Of a DNA stretch of 64,000 nucleotides, positions 25,991 through 38,321 are shown piece by piece. This DNA is from Leucoraja ocellata (lineage: Eukaryota). Within the stretch, counting starts at the first letter, position 1, and each line of letters begins with the position of its first letter. The notes under the pieces are model-generated. The model made no database searches. It saw only the letters and a list, made by a program, of their open reading frames with translations, and was not told the DNA's origin. The stretch lies in assembly GCA_036785375.1 (NCBI GenBank), contig JAWMAR010000148.1, positions 62,001 to 126,000 on the forward strand, given 5' to 3'. A program made the translations under genes and the position numbers.

Positions 25991-26076
25991 GAATGGTTTG
26001 GGACCTGTGAAGGAAGGAGAGTCGCAGTACTCAGTGGTACATTGCACTGGATATATCAAGGCCTGGCCACCTGCAG
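25991..26076 (+). CDS. ARNT2: ARNT2 internal coding exon (PAS-A C-terminal part), 86 nt
   Basis: tttacag|G AAT...GCA G|gtaaat; [28 protein letters not shown] (ARNT2-type GPVKEGE.QY). Confidence 0.96.
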
Positions 26077-26912
26077 GTAAATGAAGTGTTATTTTTTTTA
26101 TATAGACTCAAAAGCCACCTTTTATTTTCCCCACATTCCTATCAGTTGGTCAGGCACCATTTGTGGAAAGAAGAGAATAGCATGGGTGGAGCTATACTAA
26201 GTAAAAGGGAGCAGATAAATAAAGGATGCATGTTGCACCATGCAAACCAAAAGGGATTATAGATAGAACAAGTAGTAAGGTGCAAGGAGAAGAAGAAGCC
26301 AACAGTTTCTGTCTTTATTTCACAATCCAATATCTGCACCTTTTTACTTTGCACATTGAACTTTTGCAAATTTTGCAAAGTACATTGAAGTGCCTTCAAA
26401 TGTTCCTAATATTAAATTATGTTTGATTAAAAAGCTTGAAACAAGTGTTTCAAGTTTGCATTGCTTTGGAAACCCAGCTGTAGAGCTTCCATTCAACCAT
26501 TTTCAGCGCAACAACAACCTAACTCAATCAAACAGTTAGATTGTTTCCTGAAAGTACCATCTTGTACTGTCTTAATCACTTGAATGCAGTTGGTTTCCAG
26601 GCTATCCACTGGGCTGCACTGTTGTACAAGGAGCAATTATCCAACTGGAAGTACCCAGACCACATGTAAGAAGCAGTATGGTTCAAGTTAGGTGGTTGTT
26701 GAGCTTCAACGGTTTACTGCTCAGTGGAATATCGGACTCCTTACAGTGTAATACGTTCTGATAACTTGTCCTTAATGATAGTTTATAGGACTTGGCAGAT
26801 AATTGTTGTCAGGTTAAACGGTTCATAATTTCATATTTTCTTTCACTCTCTTAAGTAGCATTGTTATATTCATTATCTTTGAATCTGTTGAGATTAATTT
26901 CCAGAATGTAAC

Positions 26913-27035
26913 AGATCAAGGGGCTCGACCTGAAACATCACCAATTCCTTCTCTCCAGAGATGCTGCCTGTCCCACTGAATCACTCCAGCATTTTGTGTC
27001 TCCCACTAATACATCTGTTTAAATCTGCAGTCTAT
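26913..27035 (+). mobile_element. Penelope-like terminal-repeat fragment
   Basis: aaggggctcgacctgaaacatcaccaattccttctctccagagatgctgcctgtcccactgaatcactccagcattttgtgtc. Confidence 0.75.
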
Positions 27036-27063
27036 TCCTTTAGATCAATGGGGGGCACACTAA

Positions 27064-27279
27064 TGCCCCTGTCCCACTTAGGAAACCTGAATGGAAACCT
27101 CTGGAGACTTTGCGCCCCACCCAAGATTTCCGTGCGGTTCCCGGAGGTTTTTGCCAGTCTCCCTACCTGCTTCCACTACCTGCAACCACCTGCAACCTCC
27201 GGGAACCGCACGGAAACCTTGGGTGGGGCGCAAAGTCTCCAGAGGTTTCCGTTCAGGATTCCTATGTGGGACAGGGGCA
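27064..27279. mobile_element. PIF/Harbinger-type palindromic MITE (216 bp)
   Basis: TIR tgcccctgtcccac.../...gtgggacaggggca, arms extend ~85 bp; perfect TAA TSD at 27061-27063 and 27280-27282. Confidence 0.88.
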
Positions 27280-27514
27280 TAACAGGTCTGGGGATTGGTC
27301 AGGTTTTAGTCCTCTTAATTTCTGGAAATATGAAATAAAATCTGAAAATGCTTGGAAAGCTCAGCAGGTCAGGCAGCATCTGTGCAAATTGAAACTGATT
27401 TAACATTCATTCTTTACCTTTCCATATATGCAATCTGACATACTAAATGTTTATTGTATTTTCTATTTTTATTTAATCTGATTTTTATTATTCAATTCAA
27501 CTATAGCTAGGACT

Positions 27515-27950
27515 AGAGGGTCAGCTATAGGGAGAGGTTGAGTTGGCTAGGACTCTATTCCTTGGAGCACAGGAGGATGAGGGTGACCTTATAGAGGTGT
27601 ATAAAATCCTGAGATGAATAGATTGGGTAGATCTATTCTTGCCCAGATGAGGGGAATCGAGGACTCGAGGAAATAGGTTTAAGGTGAAGGGGAAAAGATG
27701 TAGTAGGAATCTGCGGGGTAACCTTTTCACACAAAGAGTGGTGGGTGTATGGACAAGCTGCCAGAGGAGGTAATTGAGACGGGGACTATCCTAACATTTA
27801 AGAAATAGTTAGACAGGTACATGGATAGGACAGGTTTGGAGGTATATGGACCAAACGCAGGCTGGTGGGATTAGTGTAGCTGGGACATGTTGGCTGGTGT
27901 GGGCAAATTGGGCCCAAGTGCCTGTTTCCACACTGTATCACTCTATGACT
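27515..27950 (+). mobile_element. CR1 LINE 3' fragment
   Basis: SYRERLSWLGLYSLEHRRMRVTL..VYKIL; ends cctgtttccacactgtatcactctatgact. Confidence 0.85.
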
Positions 27951-29667
27951 ATCTCTCACTCATTGCCTCACCAACCCATTAGTCACTCACCCACAATTGT
28001 TCTCTGTCAGTGATTGTTCAAACCTGTCATGCATATGCTTCACTTCACCCACACCTGCAAGCCATCTTAATTTGTACTTGCTACCAGTTGTTTAACCATT
28101 GTTGGTCAGTCAATCAAACACATCACACAACACTATAATATACTTGCCTTCCTCTTGTTGGGCAAGGTAGACAGCGGTTGTTTGCCACTGCATGCAACAG
28201 GTTGGTAACAGGCCCAGCTTACTCCCATTGAAGTGATGGTTCTGTCCAGAAATAGTGCTCCCAAGATTGAGATTATGTTCTGTGAAGGACCTGAAAACTT
28301 AGATGATTAGGTCCTTGTGGCTAATCCTTCTCCTTGCATCATACTACTTGTTCTATCTATAATCTCTTGGTTTGTGAGGATCTTGAGGTTAATAGTTTAT
28401 TTGCTAATCTTACTAATTTCTGGTGAATAATAGTCAACGTGTCTGTAGCATTCAATATTTGAATTAACCAAAAGATTGTTTTCAAATTCTTGGGAGTAAT
28501 AATTTACAAAAACACTTTAGTTCTGTTTCTCCATGTTGGCCTTATCTTCTGAACTTAAAATAAACCACATTTAAAAATGAATGCTCTGAAGCCTCCCTTT
28601 AAACTTCTGTAATTCATCTTCCAACATGTTAATCATGTGGAAAAAAAACAAACTGATTATGTTGCCTTCAAATATGTCTTTCAGTGACCAAAACATGTAT
28701 TTTTTGTCAACTGTGAACTTTTTGCAATTTAATATGTTTTAAAAAAACTGCATGACTGCATTCTTTCTCAAGTGCAGGCATAAATTGCACGAAGCAGAAA
28801 AACAAGATATAAAATTTTGCCTGGAAGGCTTGGCTGTTATCACCTCCAGCTTTTGCTGAGATGTCAGGTGTGAGAAATGGCTGACCTTCATCGTGTTCCT
28901 GGCCTTCAGAACTCAAAGTAGATGTCTGTCATTGAATAGACAACATGAATGAAAAGCCTGGTGTTTTGATTTTATTTTTTAATGGCTTGGTTAAAATTAA
29001 CTTAAACTAAACACAAGCATTTGTTATGTTTAGATCTTTAATTTAAATTTAATTTTACTTTTGTCCATTCAAGTGATGCAGGCTGAGTCACCTTAGTTGC
29101 GCTTGAGTAGTTGGTAGTGGGCTGCCTTCTTGAACCTCTGTGGTCCTTGAGGTATGGGTATGCCCACAATGCTGTTATGCAGGGATTTTTATTCATTGGA
29201 GGTGATGGAACAGCGATATATTTCCAAGTTGGCAGATGTGTGGCTTGAAGCGTAACTTAGAGGTGAATAATAGTCAGCGTTCTAATGCTTTTGCCTCCCT
29301 TGGCTTTCTATCTAGTAAAGATCATGCCTTTGGAAGATATTATCTCAGGAGTCTTGGTGGGCTGCTGTGGTACATCCAGTAGATGGTGTAACCAGCTACT
29401 GTTGTTCATCAGTGTTATTGACTGTGGATGGGTGCCTATCAAGTGGACTGCCATGTCATATATGGTGTTGAGCTTCTTAATGGCCTGTCCCAACACAGGC
29501 CAAGTGTTGAAATTGCACTCGGGCAAGTGGAGAGTTTTTTGTCACATTCCTAATTGAGCCCTGTAGATGATGGACAGGCTTCAAGCAGTTAGAAGTGCAG
29601 TTACTTGCTACAGGAAACAGAATTTTCTCTTGATGGATATAGTCAAGTCCTCCTTGTGGAAAATCAA

Positions 29668-30510
29668 AAGAAAAACTGCAGATGCTGCTAAGCTGAAATA
29701 AAAACAAAATCCTGGATGAGGCAGCAACTAAAGAAAGAAAAACAAAGTTACTATTTAAGATCTGACCCTTTGCCAAAACTGGGAACGAGAACTAACTAAT
29801 GTTTGATGTTTTGGAGGAAGTGGTGGGATAGATTGAGGCCAGCATGTATTCACCAGGTCCGTCAACCAGAAAGCCAATATCCCAGAGGCGTGACAGAGCA
29901 GAAATAATCAGTTCCAATACAGACATGAACGCAAGTGACCTATAGATGAAGAATTTGGTGTTAAGTCCAGAAGACTGCAATGTGCTCAGAAGGAATATGA
30001 AGATGAATTATTGTTGCTCAAAGTTGTGTTAGACTGTGTTGTGACAGTACAGGATGCCACAGTCTGAGGGTTAGTGTGGGTGTGGGCTGGAGAAATATAA
30101 TTGTGAACAATAGGAAGCTCAGGTTCACTCCTGCATCCTGAGTGCAGGTGCTCTGCAAAGTGATAGCTCAATTTGAATTTACCTTATTCATCGCAAATGA
30201 GAGCAAATTGCAATAATTGGAAGAGCAAGTAATATGTTATATACTGTTTGGGTCCCTTGATGTTGGGAAGAGTTAAGTTGGACAGGTCTCCCATCTCCAG
30301 TTGCACAATTGCATGAGAATTGCTGCCATTAACTCATTTGACCAAAGCAACCCAGACTTCACATTCACTAAATTTGTCATTTCCATCCTTAACAAATTAA
30401 ACAATCTCTTTTGTTTCAGTTACTCAGTTTTAATGAAACATTAGCTCGGATTCTCTTTTCATACATTCTGCCTGACCTGCTGAATGTTTGTAGCATTTTC
30501 TGTTTTTAAT
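29668..30510 (-). mobile_element. Old Penelope-like element with inverted ends
   Basis: Left aaactgcagatgctgctaagctgaaataaaaac, right ctgcctgacctgctgaatgtttgtagcattttctgttttta; minus ORF YHFAEHLHSGCRSEPELPIVHNYISPAHT is a decayed GIY-YIG segment (cf. RFAEHLRSVRNNQADLPVAQHFNSPSHS). Confidence 0.65.
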
Positions 30511-30747
30511 CGCTCAGTGTGTGGATCCAAGATAATTTCCCAGATGGATTTTAAAAAGATTTTTAACAAGAAGCCATGTTAGAGTAAAGATGTATGAATT
30601 GATGTATGAGACAACTCATATCGTGGATAAAACAAAATCTGGGACATGGAAAACAGATGAACAGGATAGCTTGATTACAAAGGTTACACAGAAAAGCTGG
30701 AGAAACTCAGCGGGTGCAGCAGCATCTATGGAGCGAAGGAAATAGGC

Positions 30748-30775
30748 AACGTTTCGGGCCGAAACCCTTCTTCAG
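30748..30775 (-). ncRNA. Minimal hammerhead-ribozyme-like core (left arm)
   Basis: Reverse complement of 31437-31464. Confidence 0.6.
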
Positions 30776-30891
30776 ACTGATCGGGGGTGGGGGTGGGTGG
30801 GGACAAGAAAGGGAAAAGGAGGAGTAGCCAGAAGGCTGGAGGGTGGGAGGAGACAGCAGGGGAGCTGAGGAAGGGGAGGAGACAGCAAGGA

Positions 30892-31240
30892 CTAACAGAA
30901 TTGGGAGAATTCGATGTTCATGCCCCTGGGGTGCAGACTCCCCAAACGGAATATGAGGTGCTGTTCCTCCAATTTCCGGTGCTGCTCGCTGTGGCCATGG
31001 AGGAGACCCAGGACAGAGAGGTCGGAGGCGGAGTGGGAGGGGGAGTTGAAGTGCTGAGCCACCGGGAGGTCAGCTTGGTTATTGCGGACCGAGCGGAGGT
31101 GTTCGGCGAAACGATCGCCCAACCTCCGCTTGGTCTCACCGATATAGATCTGCTGACATCTAGAGCAGCGGACGCAATAGATGAGGTTGGAAGAGATGCA
31201 GGTAAACCTCTGTCGCACCTGGAACGATTGCTTGGGTCCT
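30892..31240 (-). pseudogene. GIY-YIG endonuclease domain of a Penelope-like element (open frame, no RT, no native start)
   Basis: GPKQSFQVRQRFTCISSNLIYCVRCSRCQQIYIGETKRRLGDRFAEHLRSVRNN...VAQHFNSPSH...RKLEEQHLIFRLGSLHPRGMN: LIY...YIG, R..EH, E and GMN motifs with CxxC zinc ligands. Confidence 0.9.
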
Positions 31241-31436
31241 TGGAGGAACAGCACCTCATATTCCGTTTGGGGAGTCTGCACCCCGGGGGCATGAACATCG
31301 AATTCTCCCAATTCTGTTAGTCCTTGCTGTCTCCTCCCCTTCCTCAGCTCCCCTGCTGTCTCCTCCCACCCTCCAGCCTTCTGGCTACTCCTCCTTTTCC
31401 CTTTCTTGTCCCCACCCACCCCCACCCCCGATCAGT

Positions 31437-31464
31437 CTGAAGAAGGGTTTCGGCCCGAAACGTT
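31437..31464 (+). ncRNA. Minimal hammerhead-ribozyme-like core (right arm, sense to ARNT2 pre-mRNA)
   Basis: CUGAAGA-A-GGGU-UUCG-GCCC-GAAA-C-GUU; palindromic AACGUU in place of helix III. Confidence 0.6.
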
Positions 31465-32889
31465 GCCTATTTCCTTCGCTCCATAGATGCTGCTGCACCC
31501 GCTGAGTTTCTCCAGCTTTTCTGTGTAACCTTCGATTCTCCAGCATCTGCAGTTCCCTCTTAAACATAGCTTGATTACAAATCCTGGTTCGCAGGAAATA
31601 ACATTATATTTTCCCATAACGTATGTCTCACTGCAATATAACTCCTTGCATAATAATGAAACTGGGGATTGACAATTGTGTGCCTTTGTGATGTGATTCC
31701 CCAGTTATACATGCCATTTCTATGTGTACTTCATCATTCTGTTCAAAAACAGACTGAGCAAATAACTGGATGAGATGAAACGAGGTATGAGTCACACTGC
31801 CTCAATTCAATGAAGAAAATACTGCATTATGAGAGCAAACACCATTTATTAAATTGCAAGAATCGTGTTCACCTGGAAGAAATTCACACTCCAATGACAA
31901 AGAAGTAGAAATTGGGCATTTGGTGGGATTGAAGAAATGAGGAGAGATCAAGCTGCAAACAGAGCTTTGAAAAGATTATGTATTTATTCTCAGCAATTCG
32001 CTCTTCACAGGTCCTACAGAGAACTAAGCAGGGCTGGTAACATTGATCAAAAAGCAGATTGTCAGGATTCCATGGTGCAGGTTGGAATGAAATAATGGAA
32101 ATATAATGTATTTGCCAAATCTTTTCACGATGATATCCAGGTAGTTACTAGTTTTGGAACAAAAAGAAAAACAACTATTCCTCCAGAGGTTTAATACAAA
32201 TAGCAGTTTGACTGAATACTTGTTTCTGTTCTTGACATTTCATTATAAAAAAAAAACAAGGCTTTTTGTTTGGAAAGACAGATTTCATGAAATTCTGACC
32301 CTCGTGCATGCTCTTTTTTATTTTATTTTAAGGTGATAAGTTTATCTCAAGTGCTAAATCATCATGCACTGAGATATGGTTTCATTAATTATACTAATTC
32401 AAATTTCTGTGTTACATAAGGATTGTGAATATTATTTTTTCATAACTACATTCAGTTATATGTTGGCTCATTCACACATGGAATAAAAGCCAATTGCAAG
32501 CAGTATGCACTAACCTGGTTGCTTTGTAAATTATAGAGCTGTCAAGTAATTTTAAGCATTAATTGTGATTAATCTTACTTTTAAAAATAGTTCCCTCGGG
32601 TCATTTTAGTTTTAATCATATGTAATGGAAACAATTACTGCACCAACTTATTTGTGTATGCTTTAGAATGCTGAGAATGTATAGAATTGTGGGGGTGGGA
32701 GGAGGTGATTTAATTCAAATGGAACTGTTTATGGTGAAGAATACTAAGAATAATATTGGCTTTCAGTTTAAATGGATGCCATTCCCCTGCAGTCTACCCA
32801 ACAAATCACCAATAAGTTTAAAATACATTAATTTCCTGTATTCTGCCTTTGTTCACTCAACAGCTGTTTTCATATTCTATTTAAGTGCG

Positions 32890-33262
32890 TAAGAATTAGG
32901 AACAAGAGTAAGCCATGTGGCTCTGTGCCTGCTCTGCCATATATCAAGATTATGGCAGGTCTTCTACGGATCATCACCACAGTATTCAGAAATCTTTTGG
33001 TCTATGGATAGGACACGGCCACTGAGTCTCTATAGGTCTCCATGGAATAGAATTCCAGATTATGTCCCTGTGAGTCAAGACATTTTTCCTCATCTCAGTC
33101 GTAAACAGACAACCACTTATTCTGAAACTCTGACCCCTGGTTTTAAACTCGGTCAGGGAAAACATGTCAAACCCTTTAACAATTTTGTGGGTTTCAAGGA
33201 CTGACCTTATTCTTCTTGACTTCAGCAAAAATAGACCAATCCCTTCAATCTCTCCTGATGCA
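32890..33262 (-). mobile_element. CR1 LINE 3' fragment
   Basis: Minus ORF LETHKIVKGFDMFSLTEFKTRGQSFRISGCLFTTEMRKN...IWNSIP. Confidence 0.75.
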
Positions 33263-33293
33263 GCAAAACTTCCAACATTGGAACATAGCAAAC

Positions 33294-33740
33294 AGGATAA
33301 CAATTTTTAGTTAACCCCTATTTATTCACAAACCCCTATTTATTTATCTTCAGCTCAGCCAACGCTGGTCACATTATCCGGACAGGCAGCGGGGAATCAG
33401 GAGCAGATGCGAGGCATCGCTGATGCTCTGGAATCCTAGCCGGCCGCCATCGAGCAGCGGGGTCGAGGATGCAGTGCCCGACTCGGGAAGTAGAGGTGCC
33501 AGTTCTTCCAGCGGCGTGTGGAGGAGTAACAGCTACCACGGGTCGCTCACCTGTCGGGGCTGCCTCCTCGACCCCGCTGCTCGGCAACGGCCGGCTAGGA
33601 TTCCAGAGCATCGTCGATGGCTCGCAACGGCTCCTGATCCCCCGCTGCCTTGCCGGATAATGTGACCGACGTTGGCTGAGCTGAAGATAAATAAATTGGG
33701 GTTTGTGAATAAATAGGGGTTATCTAAAAATTGTTATCCT
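33294..33740. mobile_element. Fold-back element / MITE with ~190-bp inverted arms, superfamily unresolved
   Basis: aggataacaatttttagttaacccctatttattcacaaacccc... / ...ggggtttgtgaataaataggggttatctaaaaattgttatcct; AT-rich ends, CpG-rich interior; no clear TSD. Confidence 0.8.
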
Positions 33741-34662
33741 CACTGTTAAGTCTAGAGGATTGTAACGTGCCTAATTGGAAAATTATCCACCCAATGGTTG
33801 GAATCCAAGATGGTGGAAAGCAATGGGGCAAAAGGGCAGGTGTTACCTGGGAAGGTGCCGTAAGGTGGAGATAGAAGAGTGGCCTAGAGTGTGTTCAATA
33901 CATTATGTTTGGTCTCTTCTAAGACATGAATGAAGATTGTAAATAGTCAGGCCACAGCACTGGTGCATTCTATAGGTTGCAGTTTACTCACTTGCAAATT
34001 ACCATTTTATCCCTATTATTCTGTGCTTAATGACCAGTTGTCTGTTCATAGTAATATATCGCCCTTATCCTCATGTTTCACACAGGGGATGGTGCATACA
34101 TGGAAAGATCTAAGTGGTAGAGGCAGGTACAATTACAACTTGGGGTGTTACATCAATGGGAAAGGTTTGGAGGGTTATTGGCCAGTAGACAAGTGGAACA
34201 AGCTCAATTAGGCAACTTGTTCGACATGGACAAGTTGAACTAAAAGGTCTGTTTCTGTTTGTGTTGCTCTATGACTCTGAATCTGTTCCTTTTATGTGGC
34301 ACAGTAAGTGCTTTTTAGAATTCAAACCAATACACCCACTGGTTCCTCTATATATCCTGCTGATTCAAATGCTCAAATAAATATACTAAACATGATTTCT
34401 TTTGCAATAAAATCATTTTATGCTTTCCCAAGTGCTCTGTTGTTGCCTCTTTAGTAATGAATTACCATATTTTCCCAGCAACAGATGTTAGGCTCATTGC
34501 GCTGTGGTTCCCTGTTTTTTTTTTCTCTCTCCTTCCATTGAATACCAATGCTGCATTTCTTTTCTGTTTTACAAAATGTGCTCAATCCTAAACCTTCTTA
34601 CTTTGATAAACCTTTTGTTTTAATCTCATTCTGTCTCTTTCACATGCTGGATACTGCATAGA

Positions 34663-34664
<2 letters not shown>

Positions 34665-34694
<30 letters not shown>
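34665..34694 (+). repeat. Poly-G run (~30 nt)
   Basis: Direct reading. Confidence 0.9.
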
Positions 34695-34695
<1 letters not shown>

Positions 34696-34699
34696 GAGG

Positions 34700-34942
34700 G
34701 GAATTAAAAAATATAACAGAATATGCTGTAAATAGTGAAAACAGTAATAAAGTTGATGTTTCAGCTCGATGAGATTTTGCCAGAACTGGGACAAGTTAGG
34801 AGCAAAAGAAAGTTTGAGTTGCAGAGAACGAGAGAAGAAACAGCCTGAAGAAGGTTCTCGACCTGAAACATCGCTCAGCGGGACAGGCCGCATCTCAGGA
34901 GAGAAGGAATGGCTGATGTTTTGGGTCTATTTTGTGTCTATC
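34700..34942. mobile_element. Rearranged Penelope-like terminal-repeat fragments
   Basis: cctgaagaaggttctcgacctgaaacatcg (+ core, ~34844-34873) abutting antisense ctcagcgggacaggccgcatctcaggagagaaggaatgg. Confidence 0.65.
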
Positions 34943-36194
34943 TTTGGTGAAAAATAGCATTATTACAGCAGGTGCATGGGGATGGAGAAACAGGAAGAAC
35001 AGATTCCTTACCGAAGGCAAGATAAGAGAAAGTTAGTCAAGTTGTTCGCAGTAATAAAGTTAGCTGTGGAAGCCCAATGATATATAGTTGGATCTTAACT
35101 TATCTTATCTGTTATCAGGCTTTTTGAAAGGTCCTTCCATGCGCTAGGGTACTGTCCCATTCACCTCCACCCCATTGTGGGCATTGTACTTTGTCTATGG
35201 AACTGATGCACGACAATGCTGTGAACTGTATTCTGCACACTGTATCTTCTCCTTTAACTATTGGACGTGCTTGGCTTGATGGTATTTATGTTTGGTATTA
35301 TCTGATTTGATTGAATACCATCCAAAAAGCTTTTCGCTGTGACTCGATACACGTGACAATAATAAACCTAACCTAAACACAGATGGATCTCCTGCCATCA
35401 ATAGAATGCAAATTTGTTAGAATTGCACTTGTGTCACTGGTTATTTGCCAGGCATTTTAACATAATTTCTCTTGCCAATTTTGTACTGCATACCTTTGTA
35501 AAGGAATTTTAATTTAAGATTCAAGTGTCAGACTTGAGTTTGTCACCCTGAAATCGATTGGAATACTTTTATCCAGTGAGGTCAATCGTGTGGTTGTAAT
35601 ACAGTGTAAGCAACGCTCGGGCTAATGTCTCTACTTCATTTTCTCGTCGATCAACTGGGTCACATCCCTGCTTCAGAAAAACTGTTCAAATTAGATTTGA
35701 TATTATGTACCCAATAATCCAGCCGTGTAATTGTTGGGACTTCATGCCGATCCACATAACTTACCTTGATCAGTCATACAATGCTCCAGAACTTTGACAC
35801 TTATTTATTTGTACTTCTGCAATAGCTTTGTAATGTTAATAACTATTTGGAAATTTTGCATTGTTATTTACATCCTTATCAATCTTTGGTTCAAATTTGC
35901 ATCCAGTGTATTTAACTAAAATCTATGTTTAATAATAGTTTAATTTTAAAAGCGTAAAATATAAAATTGGAATCCTGGATTATTTTTCATTGGAGCAAAC
36001 CTTAATCAATTACAATAAAGAGCCCATGCATTCTTGGGAATTTATTCTTATTGCAGTTTCTCAGTGTTTTCAATTCTTACTTTTCCCTGTCATTATTCCT
36101 GATGAATAATAAATAGTTTCAGATTGAAATGTGCTGCCCTATGTAAAGGAAACTAGAGTTATGGCAACTTTCTGCTTCTTATAGAGTGGTGGAG

Positions 36195-36505
36195 GGAAGC
36201 AGCACAGAAACATGCTCACGGATCCACAGTAACTATTGACCTCCCATTTTTACATTAATCCTAACCAAAGTTATTGTCTCACACACTCCCATCAAAGTTT
36301 CCTGGATTCCATAATTTACCTATAAATTTGGAGCAACAGTGGCTGATTACACCCGTGTGTTTTTGCACAGTGGGAGGAAATCTGAGCACCTTGAGGAAAC
36401 CCCGTGGTCACAGGGAGAACATGCAGATTTTACTCCGTCAGCATTGCAAGTCAGGTCCGAACCCAGTTCACTAGAGCAGTGAGCCAGCAGCTTGACGTGC
36501 TGCCC
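36195..36505 (-). mobile_element. HE1/V-SINE-like SINE, old
   Basis: gtgggaggaaatctgagcaccttgaggaaacccgtggtcacagggagaacatgcag. Confidence 0.7.
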
Positions 36506-38321
36506 TCAAATGGTTCTCTCCTCATATCATCTTTCCTGGCCCACTACATCTAATAGCTGGAAGTAAGCTTTAACAATTTAGATTTTTTTTTTTTAACTCC
36601 TTTAAAAGGAATTTATTTCTTTGAGCTATTGGAACTAAAAACAGTAAAGAATGTTGGCCAATTAAACTCAGCTGAGAGAAGTTTGTTTGTGGAGCCCTGA
36701 CCACAATGAAATAATAATCTGTGCATTTGGGTTTCTTTGAAGATCTTGGTGCTCAGAGAATTCTTTTTCTAATCCATTTGGGATTTTCAAGGAAATTTTT
36801 TATCCTTTCAGAAATGTTCCTAATTGGATTTGATTAGATATGAAATAAACATTATACTTCAATGATGGAGAGGCATGTTCTTATTCCCCTAGTACAAGTT
36901 GAATGTTTTGAAAATATTGTATTACATTCATGCTTAAGGAAATTAAAACTTGAAACCGACATATCTTTTTAAGAAGAGGATCAACATCAATATTTGTAGG
37001 ACCATTACTATTGAAAAGCAATTAAGGTTGGGCATTTAATAAAGTGCCAATTGGATTGCCTATTAAAGAGCACAAAGCAGCTGTTGGCATGTTGAATATT
37101 TCCCACATTCAGATATCCTGACTAAGGCACCAGAATTTGCCCACCATTTTGTGGAGTAGAGATGATGGAGGGAGTATTGGGAGTGAAAGGCAGAGTTTGA
37201 AGAGAGAAATGATGGAGGGGGCAGGGCATCAGGAGAGAAGATCAACAGTGAGATTTTGGTGGGTGGGAGGGTGACTAACAATCAGCGCATGGTTGGAAAG
37301 ATCAAAACCGTGCTCAAAACCATGCAACTTTCTGGGCAAATAATGGGACAAAACACAAGAACAGGCATTGGAGGTGTAGGGGTGGTGATTGGTGAGTGAG
37401 ATTAATTATTTAAGGGTGAAAAATTAAAGTTAAATGATTTTAGCTAAAGAAAAGTTATTATATATAAGATGAATTTGACTCATTGCAATGGTTCGGATAC
37501 GGTCAGAAGTTTAACAAACACTAAAAGAGGCCTCAGCTCTTGGTTTCACTGTTTGAGTTTTAGCATTGCAGAGGAAGTCTGGATAGTTGAATGCTCTACT
37601 GTCAGTGATGTGATGAAGGAACTGGCAGGTACATGAGAGGCCAAAGCTGGAGGAATGCAAGTTTTGTATGACTATAACTGCAGACAGAAATTCCCTTCAT
37701 TCCCCTAGAGTAAGGACCATAAAACAGTGGCGTTGGCCAAGTATGCTATACTGTACAGTTCATCAACAAATTGTTTTTGCATTTAGTGAATATCCATGAA
37801 TTTGCAAATAATATGCCACTTTTTGCTTAAATTTTGTGAATCCAGCAAAATACACAAACTGTTTTCATTTTGAAAGTATTTTACAGTGATTTCTCAATAA
37901 TTACAAACTTTTTAAAAATTGATAGGTATTGTTAGTTAAATAATGGTTCCAAAATTCCAGTCAGTTGGCCCCATCAATATATGCTTTTTGTCATTTGTCT
38001 GGTTCTCATCAAATGCTAAATTGAAAAATTGAGTCTATTTTGGGTTGAATTGAGTTTTTTAGGGTGACCTTCCTCTCATCTCATATTCATAATGATTGCA
38101 AAGAATGTGGTGTTCACACACTACAGAAATATGGAGAGTGAATTTGTAGACTGCAGGCTGAATTTGCAAAGCACATGTCTGACCTTTCACTGGACCATTC
38201 AGTCATTGAATGAATGGACTTTAGTCATTAGTTGCTGGACAATGATTGGGTCTAGATGTGTGAAGTGAGGCTGTCAATTTATTTTATGTTGGAAAGATTC
38301 TGCTTCATGCACAGATGTTTG

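Larger units (their letters stand above)
30682..31565. mobile_element. Very young Penelope-like element, truncated, with inverted terminal arrangement
   Basis: Arms ~30680-30972 and 31240-31532 are reverse complements with one mismatch seen; 16-bp TSD atagcttgattacaaa (30666-30681, 31566-31581); 33-nt tail only on right arm. Confidence 0.93.

Noticed and set aside
30787-31425. Two mirrored 177-aa ORFs as a bidirectional gene pair
   Set aside because: Artefact of the inverted repeat; only 30892-31240 (minus) is real GIY-YIG coding sequence.
33369-33665. Mirrored 80-aa ORFs (MLWNPSRP...)
   Set aside because: Produced by the GC-rich palindrome; no domain similarity.
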